From contig JAXLNO010000341.1 of assembly GCA_038087875.1 (NCBI GenBank), positions 62,001 through 126,000 on the forward strand: 64,000 nucleotides of DNA, written 5' to 3'. The notes beneath the pieces were generated by a model that worked only from the letters and a program-made list of their open reading frames with translations, ran no database searches and was not told the DNA's origin. A program made the position numbers and the translations under genes. This document shows, one piece after another, positions 24,578 through 37,371 of this stretch; positions within the stretch are counted from its first letter, which is position 1; the number at the start of each line of letters is the position of its first letter. Source of the stretch: Malacoraja senta. Taxonomy: Eukaryota.

Positions 24578-25070
24578 GAGGACACAAAGTTCTGGAGTAA
24601 CTTAGCAGGTTAGGCTGCATCTCTAGAGCACATGTATAAGTGACGTTTCTGGTCGGAAGCCTTTCTCAGATTCCATATGATCCCACATGGCTTTCCCATC
24701 TGGCAATCAGACTGACAAGTTATTGTTGTTTGTTGAGCAGTCATGAATTGTTTGGTGGAGAAGTCCTAACTTTGCAATAAGGTGAGTGAGGAGATGAAAC
24801 ATTTCTGTGATGGGCGGGATGGCATTGACAGTTCAAAGACAGTTTATTAGGTAAAAGTTTGGCATACCTGAATAAAGTGCTTCTCCACCTCTCAGCTCAT
24901 GACTAGTGCCTTAAAGACACTGGCCTTCTCTCCTGTCACTTTCTGATTCTCAGGAAATCCAAACTATCAGAGTCTGAAGAAAGGGCTCGACCTGAAACGT
25001 CACCTATTCCTTTTCTCCAGAGCTGCTGTCTGTCCCGCTGAGTTACTGCAGCTTTTTGTGCCTATCTTCT
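24578..25070. mobile_element. Two Penelope-terminus elements (24578-24672 minus; 24968-25070 plus)
   Basis: The first is flanked by atgatccca repeats. The second has core ctgaagaaagggctcgacctgaaacgtc at 24974-25001. Confidence 0.7.
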
Positions 25071-25529
25071 TGCCAGAGTATAAGACGGCAGTCTCTTTAA
25101 AATATTTTGACAACTTTCTCAATTCTATGTCCTAGATCCCACCTCCTCTGTGGGTTGGGTGATTTAAAGTCATAGCTCATTTTCCGCCACCTTCGGTCCC
25201 TTGAAAAGGGAATGATTTATTCACACATTTAGCAACTTCACATTAATAATTTTGTTCATAATTGGGCGAAGAAGGGCCCAGTGAACTAGTAATGATAAGC
25301 AACCAATCCATTTATCTAATGGCTGATCATGTCAATAATATATCTCAGACCGTGGTTCAGAGAATAGTTATCTGAAGTTCAAATATTGGACATACGAGAG
25401 ACATGGATTTTCCCTGTTGCAAATGTGTTGCCTTTCGTCTCTAACCAACCAAATGGGGTCACCCAAAGCCTCCTTCGAATGCCAGAAGCATATCTGCTTC
25501 ACTTCAGAAATATACATTAATCGCGTTTT

Positions 25530-25848
25530 GTTTCATTTAGAGATACAACGCGGAAACAGGTCCTTCGGCCCACCGAGTCCGCACCGACCAGCGATCCCTG
25601 TACATTAACACTATCCTACACCCACTAGGGACGATTTACACATACCAAGTATACAAACCCAAGCCAATTAACCTGCAAACCTGTACGTCTTTGGAGTGTG
25701 GGAGGAAACTGAAGATCTTGGAGAAAACCCACGCGATCACGTGGAGAACGTACAAACTCCGTGCAGACAGCACCCGTGGTCAGGATCAAACCCAGGTTTC
25801 TTGCGCTGAAAGCGCTGTAAGGCTGCAACTCTACCGTTGCGCCACCAT
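25530..25848 (-). mobile_element. HE1-type SINE
   Basis: Tail ttagagatacaacgcggaaacagg, V-domain, head ctctaccgttgcgccacc. Confidence 0.9.
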
Positions 25849-26700
25849 TGTTAAAGAAAATAATATCCACTTGTGATTGATGTGAATGTGTTTTTCAGGG
25901 GTGGGGGGTGTGGGGGGTTCAGATAGTAACTATGATATTTACTTGTATTCCACGTTTAACAAGATTTTTCCCCCATATTTTAATGGTCTGTAAATGCGTG
26001 ATATAAAGTGGGAGATATGAGGCACAAACTGTTTAGTTCAGCTGAAAGGCCATCAACCTGAAATGTGAAGTTTATTTCTCTCCCCACAGATCACATGCAA
26101 CCTTCTGAGCACTAAAATACACTGAACTTTTTGTTGGTCTTTATTGTTGTTTATTGTAGATGAATTTTCATGAATGGAGAGATTTTATTTCAATACAGCC
26201 AAGAGTTATGAAAAGATATTCAGGAATTTCTGCTAAATTGTATCCTTTACCTTTGTACTCCTGTAACAAAAGAATGCTGTCATTTTCAAATTCAGTGTGG
26301 TTGGGAGAGATGTGAGTTGTGATTGATGAAGGCAAACCTCATAAAATGCTCATAAAATATTTCACAAAGTTATGAATTGTAGGATTGCTTTTATAGTGGA
26401 AGTACATGATTCTTTAATGAAATCCCAAGAGAGTTCTCCTTGCCTTGCTGTTTAAATATATGCTATAGTAGCTGTACTTAAGATTTATTTCCATATAATT
26501 TAACAAAATTATTATTGTATGGCATTTTGAGTAGTGAAATAAATAGAAATAATAAGAAATGCAGATGCTAAAAATCTGAAATAAATAGTAAAAATGTTAA
26601 ATTCTCCCATCAGGCAGCACTTTGGCAAAATAAACAATTGATCTTTCAGTGTGGGACCCTGTGTCAGGACAGGGAAAGAAAAACATCCGTTTGTTTTTAG

Positions 26701-27087
26701 CAAAGATCCTATAGCAAGCAAGATAGATCACTTGCCGAAAAAGATGTATTACGGTCATGGGCAGATTCATGGGTAATTTTCGGCCCCATTTCCGTAACCG
26801 GCTTCTGTCTCCGCACCAAAGATCCCATAGATACTAGTGCGGAGACGGAAGCCGGTTACGGAAACATCCTCGTAAAAATAAAAGTTCTTTGGTAAAAATC
26901 TTCTCATTTTCAGAATTATAATTTATTAACACAAACTGTTCCCCCGCAACGTTGATTACACTGCGAGTAGGGTCGGGTCGGGTCAGGTTACTGAAATGGA
27001 TGAAAAAAAGGCCCACGTTCCGCTCCGTTACGTACTACACGTCAGCCCATTGCATTTAGAAGGAGTGGTCTATCTATAGGATCTTTG
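26701..27087. mobile_element. Non-autonomous DNA transposon with 14-bp TIR and 8-bp TSD (P-element-like termini; hAT not excluded)
   Basis: Perfect TIR caaagatcctatag (26701-26714 and 27074-27087). TSD gtttttag (26693-26700 and 27088-27095). Internal 28-bp hairpin. Confidence 0.85.
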
Positions 27088-27184
27088 GTTTTTAGTAGAA
27101 GAGATGGTGGGGGAGGGATGAGTAGAACAAAAATAATGTCGGACAGGATGAGATTGAATTGGTTAATGTGGCTGGTTAGAGTAG

Positions 27185-28783
27185 CAATAAGCGAATTCGG
27201 TATTACAACTGCGCATGCCCAGGTCATGGGTCATTCGGGATAAACATTCTCGCCAGCTGAGCTACTGTGTGTGTACGGATCTGAGTATTCATTTCAATGA
27301 GATTTAGAATAAAGGGGAGGCCATTTAAGACTGAGGTGAGAACAAACTTTTTCACCCAGAGAGTTGTGAATTTGTGGAATTCCCTGCCACAGAGGGCAGT
27401 GGAGGCCAAATCACTGGATGGATTTAAGAGAGAATTAGATAGAGCTCTAGGGGCTGGTGGAATCAAGGGATATGGGGAGAAGGCAGGCACGGATTATTGA
27501 TTGGGGATGATCAGCCATGATCACAATGAATGGCGGTGCTGGCTCGAAGGGCCAAATCGCCTCCTCCTGCACCTATTTTCTATGTTTCTATAAATAAATG
27601 TATCCGTCAAATATGTCAGCAGTAGGCCACAGCCGACTGCAGGCTGCACAAATCCACAATTGTATCTATTGACTCAATATAGCACCAGTCTTGAAAGCGC
27701 AAGAATGCCTGGAACGAACCTGTCAATTATCAAATCCCTGGCATTAGCCTGAGTCACAGCCATTCAAATTTGAAATTGATTTACACAAATTACAAGTTGT
27801 GTGGTCAACCAATTTGCGATAGTCCTTACATTCCTATCTAAACAACCTTCCTGGGTTGAAGGAAACGAGGAGAATGTGCTGTGTGGGGGGTAGGTTGGAA
27901 AGTTAAGATTGGATTTGAATAGGTTGGTTAAACCTTCGAGGTGGGTTGGCTTAAATAAAGATGCTGACGCTTTAACCTCTGGGGTTGGTTCCAGTCTGTC
28001 AGGGCACACAGTTGGGAGCCGGGTCTGGGTGACCGGGCGATGATAATTATGAGAATTTGCAGCTATTTGAACCGCAGCGAAACTAGAGGCATCACTCGGG
28101 TGTGGGTTGCAGCTCCCCAGCTGACGGGACCTGTTCTCGCTCTCTTCGAAGGAGGTGCCGCCCGCCCCAGCGAGTGGGCAAACGCAGCGCCAACACGTAA
28201 TATGAGGGGGACCATTTTCTCAGTCAGACTTTATCGACAGTCGAGGTGGGGGGATCTGGGAGAGAGAGAGCTGGTGATGCCGCACAGACGGAACACATTA
28301 AAATCCGCCCTTCGGCCACTCAGCAACCTGGGCTGATCTGATCTGACAGCCCTCTCGCTAGCTCGCCGTGTGCCCGATCCTAATGTATATCCTCCACAAA
28401 ACCTTTGGGCTTCGGGTAACACCTGCACAAAGAGCCTCTGCTAACAAGGGCTGGCGAACAGTGCTGGTCAACGTGCATTGGGCGCGATGGCTGGGGAAAC
28501 GCACCGCAACCACCGCAAACTTGGAACAGCGCAGACCCTCCACTCAATCTATCCAATACTAAAGGGCAGGCATTTCGCAGTTAAGTATCTTATATCAGAT
28601 TGGTGGCTGCTTCACAGGGCCAACCCTGTACTCAGTTTTCCTTGGAGATGAATCTCTGCCTTAACGGTACATTCACACCGCCTGTAGGTAAAGCATCAGC
28701 CCACATCACACTGATACGGTCGCTGCCTGCCTTAGATTAAATACTGTATATTTTTACACATAAATTATGAATAAAGATAAGAA
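27185..28783. mobile_element. Unclassified CpG-rich element, probable left part of a DNA transposon (CR1 tail nested at ~27300-27590)
   Basis: Begins caataagcgaattcggtattac, which is a 19/22 inverted match to 37355-37376. Its last 37 bp are repeated exactly at 37227-37263. CpG content is higher than the flanks. Confidence 0.5.
27300..27591 (+). mobile_element. CR1 3' fragment
   Basis: RIKGRPFKTEVRTNFFTQRVVNLWNSLPQRAVEA plus the canonical tail. Confidence 0.9.
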
Positions 28784-28889
28784 AATGTTTCAAACACAAG
28801 TAATATTTTCTTATTCCAGTAGCAAACACATTGAGGATTAAATGAAAATAATAAATTCTTTAACTTTTTGAATATCTCATAATTGCAGA

Positions 28890-29212
28890 TTATTGTATTG
28901 TATATCCTTATTGTCATTTCCTGAGTATTCGCATACCCAGAGGAAACAAAAAAACGTTCCTCAACCAGTGTCCATTTCAGTGTGCAGTAAAAAATAAATA
29001 GAAGTAAAAATACATATATCATGAACAAATTAACACTCTACTCTCTACTAAACATCAACAGGCGTTCCGATCGGCAGCGGCACGACAGTGGCTGCTGCAG
29101 TGTGTCCAGGTTGGTGGTTGGTGCACGATACTTTGGCAGGGGGCAAAGTCCGTTTATCAGTCTTATAACCTGCGGGAAGAAGCTGAGGAGCATCCTGCTG
29201 GTTTTGCTCCTC
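28890..29212 (-). mobile_element. Rex-type LINE 3' end
   Basis: Minus-strand KTSRMLLSFFPQVIRLIN (compare [15 protein letters not shown] at ~48410-48450), with tail aatgacaataagg followed by (caata)n. Confidence 0.65.
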
Positions 29213-29884
29213 AGATTAATGAACTGAAGTAGAACTAGGACTGTGTAAGTAGTGTGTGAACAGCAGAACAAGATAGGAAGCTATTGAGTTGACAGAATTC
29301 CAGATTAATTCCTTGGTTCCAAGCAGCATGAGCTTTGAGTTGGCTGTGCTCAAGCATATTTCTATTGGAGCATGACGTTGGGCAAATGTCTGACCCAAAG
29401 ATTGTGGCTTAACCATTGCTCACCTGCAAAGCTAGTGTTTTATTTATTGACCTTGCAAGGAGCATGGAAAGCAAGTAGTTAAAATGTACCAAACAATTCA
29501 TATAATACATTTTATTTTTGATTGAGGAACAGAAATGACTCTTGACAAACAAACTGTTCCTATATTTGTTTCGAGTCGATTTCTCAAAGTTCACTTGTTT
29601 TGAATATTTGATGTTTGGGCAGGAGGTATAATCTGCAGATAAGCTAGCGTCTTCAGGTTTTAGCTAACGTTCGCTAGTTACTTAGTGGACATGCTTCAGA
29701 TTAAGTAATTTAATTTAGTTTAGTTTAGAGATACGGCACTGAAACAGGCCCTTCGGCCCACCCAACCTGGACAGAAAAAAAAACTGGATTGAACATGGTG
29801 TTCATTATTCCACACAGTTTGCAGAGTGGAAATCGGGATTTTCTGTTCTGGAAGGTCTGCCATTTAAATTTGTGTTTTGTTTTA

Positions 29885-30085
29885 GATTAGTTTAGAGATA
29901 CAGCGTGGAAACGGGCCCTTCGACCCACCGACTCCGTGCCGACCCGCGATCCCTGCACATTAACACTATCCTACACACACCAGGAGCAATTTACAATTTT
30001 ACCAAGCCAATTAGCCTACAAACCTTTACGTTTTTTGGAGTGTGGGAGGAAACTGGAGCTCCCGAAGAAAACTCATGTGACACAT
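29885..30085 (-). mobile_element. HE1-type SINE, 5'-truncated
   Basis: Tail and V-domain present, head missing. Confidence 0.8.
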
Positions 30086-30246
30086 CCATATTTTTCATTG
30101 TGGAACCAAAGAAATATACATGTTTAAATAAAATCTGTGTGCCTGGCTGAGTGATGGCACAGTGCACTACAGCAGAACATTGCCTCACAATTCAGCAGTG
30201 GAGGTGCTTCTGTAGGAAGTGTGCGGTGCCCAGTTCCATAGTCTAT

Positions 30247-30920
30247 GTTTAAGAAGGAACTGCAGATGCTGGAAAATCGAAGGTAGACAAAAGTGCTGGA
30301 GAAACTCAGCGGGTGTGGCAGCATCTATGGAGCGAAGGAAATAGGTAACGTTTCGGGCCGAAACCCTTCTTCTGATGTAGGGTGGGGGGGGGGGGGGGGG
30401 CGGGAAGAAGAAAGGAAGAGGAGGAGCCAGAGGGCTGAGGGAGAGCTGAGAAGGGGAGGAGACAGTAAGGACTACCGGAAATTGGGGGTCAATGTTCATG
30501 CCGCTGGGGTATAAACTGCCCAAGCGAAATATGAGGTGCTGCTCCTCCAATTTCCGGTGGTGCTCACTTTGGCCATGGAGGAGGCCCAGGACAGAAAGGT
30601 CGGATTCGGAATGGGAGGGGGAGTTGAAGTGCTGAGCCACCGGGAGATCAGGTAGGTTATTGCGGACCGAGCGGAGGTGTTCGGCGAAACGATCACCAAG
30701 CCTACGCTTGGTCTCACCGATGTAGATCAGCTGACATCTAGAGCAGCGGATGCAATAGATGAGGTTGGAGGAGGTGCAGGTGAACCTCTGTCGCACCTGG
30801 AACAACTGCTTGGGTCCTTGAATGGGGTCAAGGGGGGAGGTAAAGCGACAAGTGTAGCATTTCTTGCGGCTGCAAGGGAAAGTGCCCGGGGAGGGGGTGG
30901 TGCGGGTGGGAAGGGAAGAA
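30247..30920 (-). mobile_element. Penelope-like element 3' fragment with open GIY-YIG endonuclease domain and terminal repeat
   Basis: ORF 30185..30805 reads NLIYCIRCSRCQLIYIGETKRRLGDRFAEH...VAQHFN...RKLEEQHLI...GMN. Upstream CSRKKCYTC zinc-binding linker. The terminus matches the short elements. Confidence 0.92.
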
Positions 30921-31627
30921 TTCTATGTGGTCCCTTTTCTTAGATCGGAGCACAATACGGTGGCAACATCTGCCACATATACAATCCAGAGAAATGACTG
31001 CAAATGGCCACATATGTAAAGAATCGGTGTAGTGGAGATGATCACCATTTGCTGATACAGGATGATCAGGTTTTATGTTAAAATGTATGACTGAAACATT
31101 TACCTTGCAACAATCATATCGTCCAAGTTGGCCTTTCTAAAGAGAAATGCAAGAAAAAGGTTCCATATTTGGTCAAAACTAACTTCAATAAAATGAAGAC
31201 TGTCCACTTTAATCGCTGCAAATCTGTACATTTATAAAAGAAGGGTTCAGTTAGAGATGTTTACGATAAATTTCACGGCCCATATCATGTAACTGAATGC
31301 CAATTGATGTGTTTGTAACTGGGTGTTTGAGACTGAGGGTGGAGACAGATGTCTGGAATACCTACCCAACCAGTTGGTGCAGACAGAAAAACTACATTCC
31401 TCCCTCTGCTTCGGAGGCCAACAGTGCCATACAAACGTCTGCAGTAGGCTGGGAAAACTGCTTGCTCAACTTGATCTAAGTGCTCATGGTCTAATCTCAA
31501 AATCAGGTGGAGAGGGAAGCTGGAATGGAATGACAAGGCACAGTCTTTGATTGCGTGCCAAAGGTATTCAATTGAAGCTGTTTCTGTTGTTGATTTAAAT
31601 GCGTGCAAAGATATTCCTTTCCCCCTT

Positions 31628-31724
31628 CAGTCTGAAGAAGGGTCTCGACCCGAAACATCACCCATTCCTTCTCTCCAGAGATGCTGCCTGTCTCGCTGAG
31701 TTACTCCAGCATTTTGTGTCTATC
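31628..31724 (+). mobile_element. Penelope-terminus element with hammerhead-like core
   Basis: ctgaaga a gggt ctcg accc gaaa catc at 31632-31659. Confidence 0.8.
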
Positions 31725-32154
31725 AGAGATATTAAACTCTGGTTTAATGTATTTTAATTAAATTTTGAAGAAATTAAAAAAATAATGTATTTTTACCACC
31801 TGTTTCAGGGGTTTTTGAATGTCTGAGACATTCGTTCATTCAACTTCATTAACAGATTTGACTGTTGCTAAACTTGGGCTGGGCTTGACCCCGGTCCACA
31901 AGTGTGCGACATATGCAATTGCACAATGCTGGGACCTGCTATCCTGCTGGAAGCCAATTACCTGGAAAAGAAATTGCCCTCTTGTAACGAGCTCCACTTG
32001 GTAAAAGCAAAATGCCATGGATGCCCTAAAAGATCAGGGCAAATAATTTTTAACTCTGGAGGACTTGGTTCGTGAATTTGTGGAGAGATGGTAAGCATAC
32101 AATGAAGAGGACCATGTGGTTGCATTGAGGTGCGGAATGACTCTGCCCAAAGTA

Positions 32155-32390
32155 TCACACAAAGGGTGGTGGACGCATGGAACAAGCAGCCAGAGGAGGT
32201 AGTTGGGGCAGCGACTATCCCAACGTTTAAGAAGCAGTTCGACAGGTACATGGATAGGACAGGCTTGGAGGGATATGGACCAAACGCGGGCAGGTGGGAC
32301 TAGAGTAGCTGGAACATGTTGGCCGATGTGGGCAAGTTGGGCCGAAGAGCCTGTTTCCATACTGTATCACTCAATGACTCTGTGACTCGA
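32155..32390 (+). mobile_element. CR1 3' fragment
   Basis: cacacaaagggtggtggacgcatggaacaagc...gggccgaagagcctgtttcc. Confidence 0.8.
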
Positions 32391-32669
32391 TAACTTTTTC
32401 ATCCCTGGATGCATATAGAGCCCCCTCACCACTCTTCATTGAAGTTGTTGAATGGATGTGATTTGTGCCAAGGCAAGTGCACTGTGGCAGCAAAATAACC
32501 CGGGTTATTGTTCATGAATTGTGGAGCAGATCAAAGGGTTTGCAGACTTGAGTTACAGTCTCGAGTACCGGATGCTGGCATTACATTTATGATCAACAGG
32601 CAGGCAATCCATTCTGCGCCATATTTATTGAAAATGTTTGTGAAATGAATTAACGTGCAGATTAAATCT

Positions 32670-33830
32670 TTCAGAAGGCTTTCGACAAGGTCCCACATAA
32701 GAGATTAGTATACAAACTTAAAGCACATGGTATTGGGGGTTCAGTATTGATGTTGATAGAGAACTGGCTGGCAAACAAGAAGCAAAGAGTAGGAGTAAAC
32801 GGGTCCTTTTCAGAATGGCAGGCAGTGACTAGTGGGGTACCGCAAGGCTCAGTGCTGGGACCCCAGCTATTTACAATATATATTAATGATTTGGACGAGG
32901 GAATTGAATGCAACATCTCCAAGTTTGCGGATGACACGAAGCTGGGGGGCAGTGTTAGCTGTGAGGAGGATGCTAGGAGGCTGCAAGGTGACGGATAGGC
33001 TGGGTGAGTGGGCAAATGCATGGCAGATGCAGTATAATGTGGATAAATGTGAGGTTATCCACTGGTGGCAAAAACAGGAAAGTAGACTATTATCTAAATG
33101 GTGGCCGATTAGGAAAAGGGGAGATGCAACGAGACCTGGGTGTCATGGTACACCAGTCATTGAAAGTAGGCATGCAGGTGCAGCAGGCAGTGAAGAAAGC
33201 GAATGGTATGTTAGCATTCATAGCAAAAGGATTTGAGTATAGGAGCAGGGAGGTTCTACTGCAGTTGTACAGGGTCTTGGTGAGACCACACCTGGAGTAT
33301 TGCGTACAGTTTTGGTCTCCAAATCTGAGGAAAGACATTCTTGCCATAGAGGGAGTACAGAGAAGGTTCACCAGATTGATTCCTGGGATGTCAGGACTTT
33401 CATATGAAGAAAGACTGGATAGACTCGGCTTGTACTCGCTAGAATTTAGAAGATTGAGGGGGGATCTTATAGAAATTTACAAAATTCTTAAGGGGTTGGA
33501 CAGGCTAGATGCAGGAAGATTGTTCCCGATGTTGGGGAAGTCCAGGACAAGGGGTCACAGTTTAAGGATTAAGGGGAAATCCTTTAGGACCGAGATGAGA
33601 AAAACATTTTTCACACAGAGAGTGGTGAATCTCTGGAACTCTCTGCCACCGAAGGTATTTGAGGCCAGTTCATTGGCTATATTTAAGAGGGAGTTAGATG
33701 TGGCCCTTGTGGCTAAAGGGATCAGGGGGTATGGAAAGAAGGCAGGTACAGGATACTGAGTTGGATGATCATATTGAATGGCGGTGAAGGGCCGAATGGC
33801 CTACTCCTGCACCTATTTTCTATGTTTCTA
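32670..33830 (+). mobile_element. Young CR1 LINE, 5'-truncated; RT C-terminal half with frameshifts
   Basis: [47 protein letters not shown]. Near-identical to the reverse complement of 41263-42445. Confidence 0.95.
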
Positions 33831-34407
33831 AATCACCTTATTGATGCCAGCCATATCCATGAGACTGTTGACCTTCCAGCTGAGCAATATATGCCTTACT
33901 TCAGCAAATGAGCCAGATCTTGAGTGGGATCAGCAAGCCTGTTTATCAGTGGGTCCTGTAGAATACCTTGCAAAGCCATCTCATAAACCAGCACACTATT
34001 ACTGTAATTTCAAGGAATTTGCAATGAGGTACTGCGGTCAGCCAGTTTATGTAGTCTGCACAGACGAAACAGGATTGGTGGGTTATGAATTCCAATCAAA
34101 ATCTAAGGGAATGCACCTATTCAACAAATGGTCAAGTCAGGTATGTGTGACCATGAAGAGAGTAGTAAGTACCATAAGTTAGTTCACTCCTGTCCTGAAT
34201 GTTATTGTTTAGATTTATTATTGTCACGTGTACCGAGGTACAATCAACACCTTTATGTTGCATGAAATCCAATCGGAACAAATAATATCATACATAAATA
34301 CAACCAAGTCAAACTCGAGTACAATAGATAGGGCAAAGGGGAAGATATAGTGTGCAGAACGTAGTTCTCAGCATTGTAGCGCAAAGTCCAATGTCTGCAA
34401 TGGACTA

Positions 34408-36045
34408 CAGTGCCCTCCATAATGTTTGGGACAAAGACCGATCATTTATTTATTTGCCTCTGTACTCCACAATTTGAAATTTGTAATAGAAAAAAATCAC
34501 ATGTGGTTAAAGTGCACATTGTCAGATTTTAATAAAGGCCATTATTATACATTTTGGTTTCACCATGTAGAAATTACAGCAGTGTTTATACATAGTCCCC
34601 CCCATTTCAGGGCACCATAATGTTTGGGACACAGCAATGTCATGTAATGAAAGTAGTCATGTTTAGTATTTTGTTGCATATCCTTTCATGCAATGACTGC
34701 TTGAAGTCTGCAATTCATGGGCATTACCAGATGCTGGGTGTCTTCTCTGGTGATGCTCTGCCAGGCCTGTATTGCAGCCGTCTTTAGCTTATGCTTGTTT
34801 TGGGGGCTAGTACCCTTCAGTTTTCTCTTCAGCATATAAAAGGCATGCTCAATTGAGTTCAGATCAGGTGATTGGCTTGGCCACTCAAGAATTTACCTTA
34901 TTTTAGCTTTGAAAAACTCCTTTGTTGCCTTGGCAGTATGTTTGGGATCATTGCCTTGCTGTAGAATGAACCGCCGGCCAATGAGTTTTGAGGCATTTGT
35001 TTGAACTTGAGCAGATAGGATATGTCTATACACTTCAGAGTTCATTATGCTACTACCATCAGTGGTTTTATCAATGAAGATAAGTGAGCCAGTACCTTCA
35101 GCAGCCATACATGCCCAAGCCATAACACCCCCACCACCGTATTTCACAGATGAGGTGGTATGCTTTGGATCTTGGGCAGTTCCTTCTCTCCTCCATACTT
35201 TGCTCTTGCCATCACTCTGAAATAAGTTAATCTTCAGCTCATCTGTCCACAAGACCTTTTTCCAGCATTGTGGTTGCTCTTAAGTACTTCTTGGCAAACT
35301 GTAACCTGGCCATCCTATTTTTGCAGCTAACCAGTGGTTTACATCTTGCAGTGTAGCCTCTATTTCTGTTCATGAAGTCTTCTGCAGACAGTGGGCATTG
35401 ACAAATCCACACCTGAAGAGCGTTTCTGATCTGTCGGATAGGTGTTTGGGGATTTTTCTTTATTGTAGAGAGAATTCTTCTGTCATCGGCTATGGAGGTC
35501 TTCCTTGGCCTGCCAGTCCCATTGCATTTAGTAAGCTCACCAGCGCTCTCTTTCTTCTTAATGATGTTCCAAACAGTTGATTTTGGTAAGCCTAAGGTTT
35601 GGCTGATATCTCTAACAGTTTTATTCTTGTTTCTCAGTCTCATAATGGCTTCTTTGACTTTCATTGGCACAACTTTGGTCCTCATGTTGATAAACAGCAA
35701 TACAAGTTTCCAAAGGTGATGGAAAGACTGGAGGAAAGACTAGGTGCTGAGAGCTCTCTTATACCTGCATTAAGGAGGCAATTAAACACACCTGAGCAAC
35801 TACAAACACCTGTGAAGCCATGTGCCCCAAACATTATGGTGCCCTGAAATGGGGGGAACTATGTATAAACACTGCTGTAATTTCTACATGGTGAAATCAA
35901 AATGTATAAAAATACTCTTTAATAAAATCTGACAAAGTGCACTTTAACCACATGTGATTTTTTCTATTACAAATCTCAAATTGTGGAGTACAGAGGCAAA
36001 TAAATAAATGATGAGTCTTTGTCCCAAACATTATGGAGGGCCTTG
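34408..36045 (-). mobile_element. Full-length decayed Tc1 transposon (same family as 21269-22897)
   Basis: TA flanks and TIR cagtgccctccataatgtttgggacaaag. Transposase runs from ATG at 35685 (MRTKVVPMKVKE) to ~34663 with several frameshifts and QQGND in place of QQDND. Confidence 0.95.
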
Positions 36046-36324
36046 TATGTGTGGCGCCAGAGAACATTGGTATTGGTTTATTATTGTCCTGTGTACCGAG
36101 ATGCAATGAAAAGCATTGTTTTGTGTGCTAAAGCATCTTAATTCTTCAAGCCTGTATTCGAAGGAGAAGAAAAATTGCAATGAGAGAATGGGGCAATTCT
36201 GGAGCATGTTTTTACTAAAAAGGGTATTACATATCTTAGTGAGCTTAAAGGTGGATAAATTCCCAAGACTTGATTAAATCTATTTTAAGCTGCTACGGGA
36301 GTGTATTTTGAGCAGAGGTTTAAT

Positions 36325-37226
36325 GGCACTTTATTGTCCCATGAACCTAGGTATAGTGAAATTCTCTTTTTGCACACAGTTCACTAAAAATCATAAGCAC
36401 AATCAAACTTGAGGAGAAGAGTTCAAGAATAGTAGATTTCACTGCGGCAGTACACAAGAATTTCCATGTTTCCAGCACCAACTTCAAGTTCAGATTTTTT
36501 TTAGTCTTGCCTTTACCATAACGGCCCTTTGTCCTGGCGGTGGTACTGGCTTGGAGTTGCAGGGTTTGGCCTGGCCAGACCATGTTGTCGATACGCTCCA
36601 CCGCTCCGTGCCTTTGCAGACCACTCACGATCCACGCACTCCGCTCCTTGGAGCGGCAGCCGATCTCATCGAGCCCCGGGTTGCTGCAGGGCCTCCAGCG
36701 GCCCTCTCCACCAACACATTGACCTGGACACATTGACCGGCCAAAGCGCTGTACCTCTGGTCGTGTGGCCACCGCTCAACCTTGGTTCCCAGGACGCCTC
36801 CCACAGCTCCGGGTCTCCGGCGCTGCGGGCACTGTTGAGTTGCTGCTGGGCCGTCCCCGTCCCCTCCCGGGTGTCCCGTCCCTGGCTGGGGGCGGCCGGA
36901 GGTGTTGGGCTGGGCTTGTAGCCAGCGCGGGGAGGAGGCAGCTGAGTTGCTGCAGAGCTTTGTGTGTATCCCCGTTGATGGCTGGTGCCCGGCTTTCGCC
37001 GGGGGGGGGGGGGGGGTTGGCCGCTGGCGGTCCCCGGCCTGTCCGGGAGCTGGTTCCTCGGGAGTTGGAGCGGGGTTGGGCTGGAGTTGGCGCTTCTTCT
37101 CCGCGCTGGTTGTGGGCCTGGGGCCGCTGGTGTCGTCGGTCCGGGTCGCCCCGGACGTCTCCGGCCACCCCCCGGACTGGGATGGGACATACTTTTCATT
37201 GCATCTCGGTACACAAGACAATAAAT
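36325..37226. repeat. GC-rich island bounded by outward-pointing Rex-type retroposon tails
   Basis: Minus-strand tail ctttattgtcccatgaacctaggtatagtgaaatt at ~36330 and plus-strand tail cttttcattgcatctcggtacacaagacaataaa at ~37192-37225. Very GC-rich interior with spurious ORFs. Confidence 0.5.
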
Positions 37227-37371
37227 TATATTTTTACACATAAATTATGAATAAAGATAAGAATTTATACACAGTTTCTTCAGCCAGCGCTTCATTCGCT
37301 TTTTCTTTATGGTGAATGACCTTTGACAAATCCCATAATTTCTTTGCGTTTTTCGGAATACAGAACTCGCT

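Noticed and set aside
36347..37250. Many overlapping 100-200 aa ORFs
   Set aside because: Expected from stop-codon scarcity in GC-rich DNA. Low-complexity Pro/Gly/Arg content and no domains.
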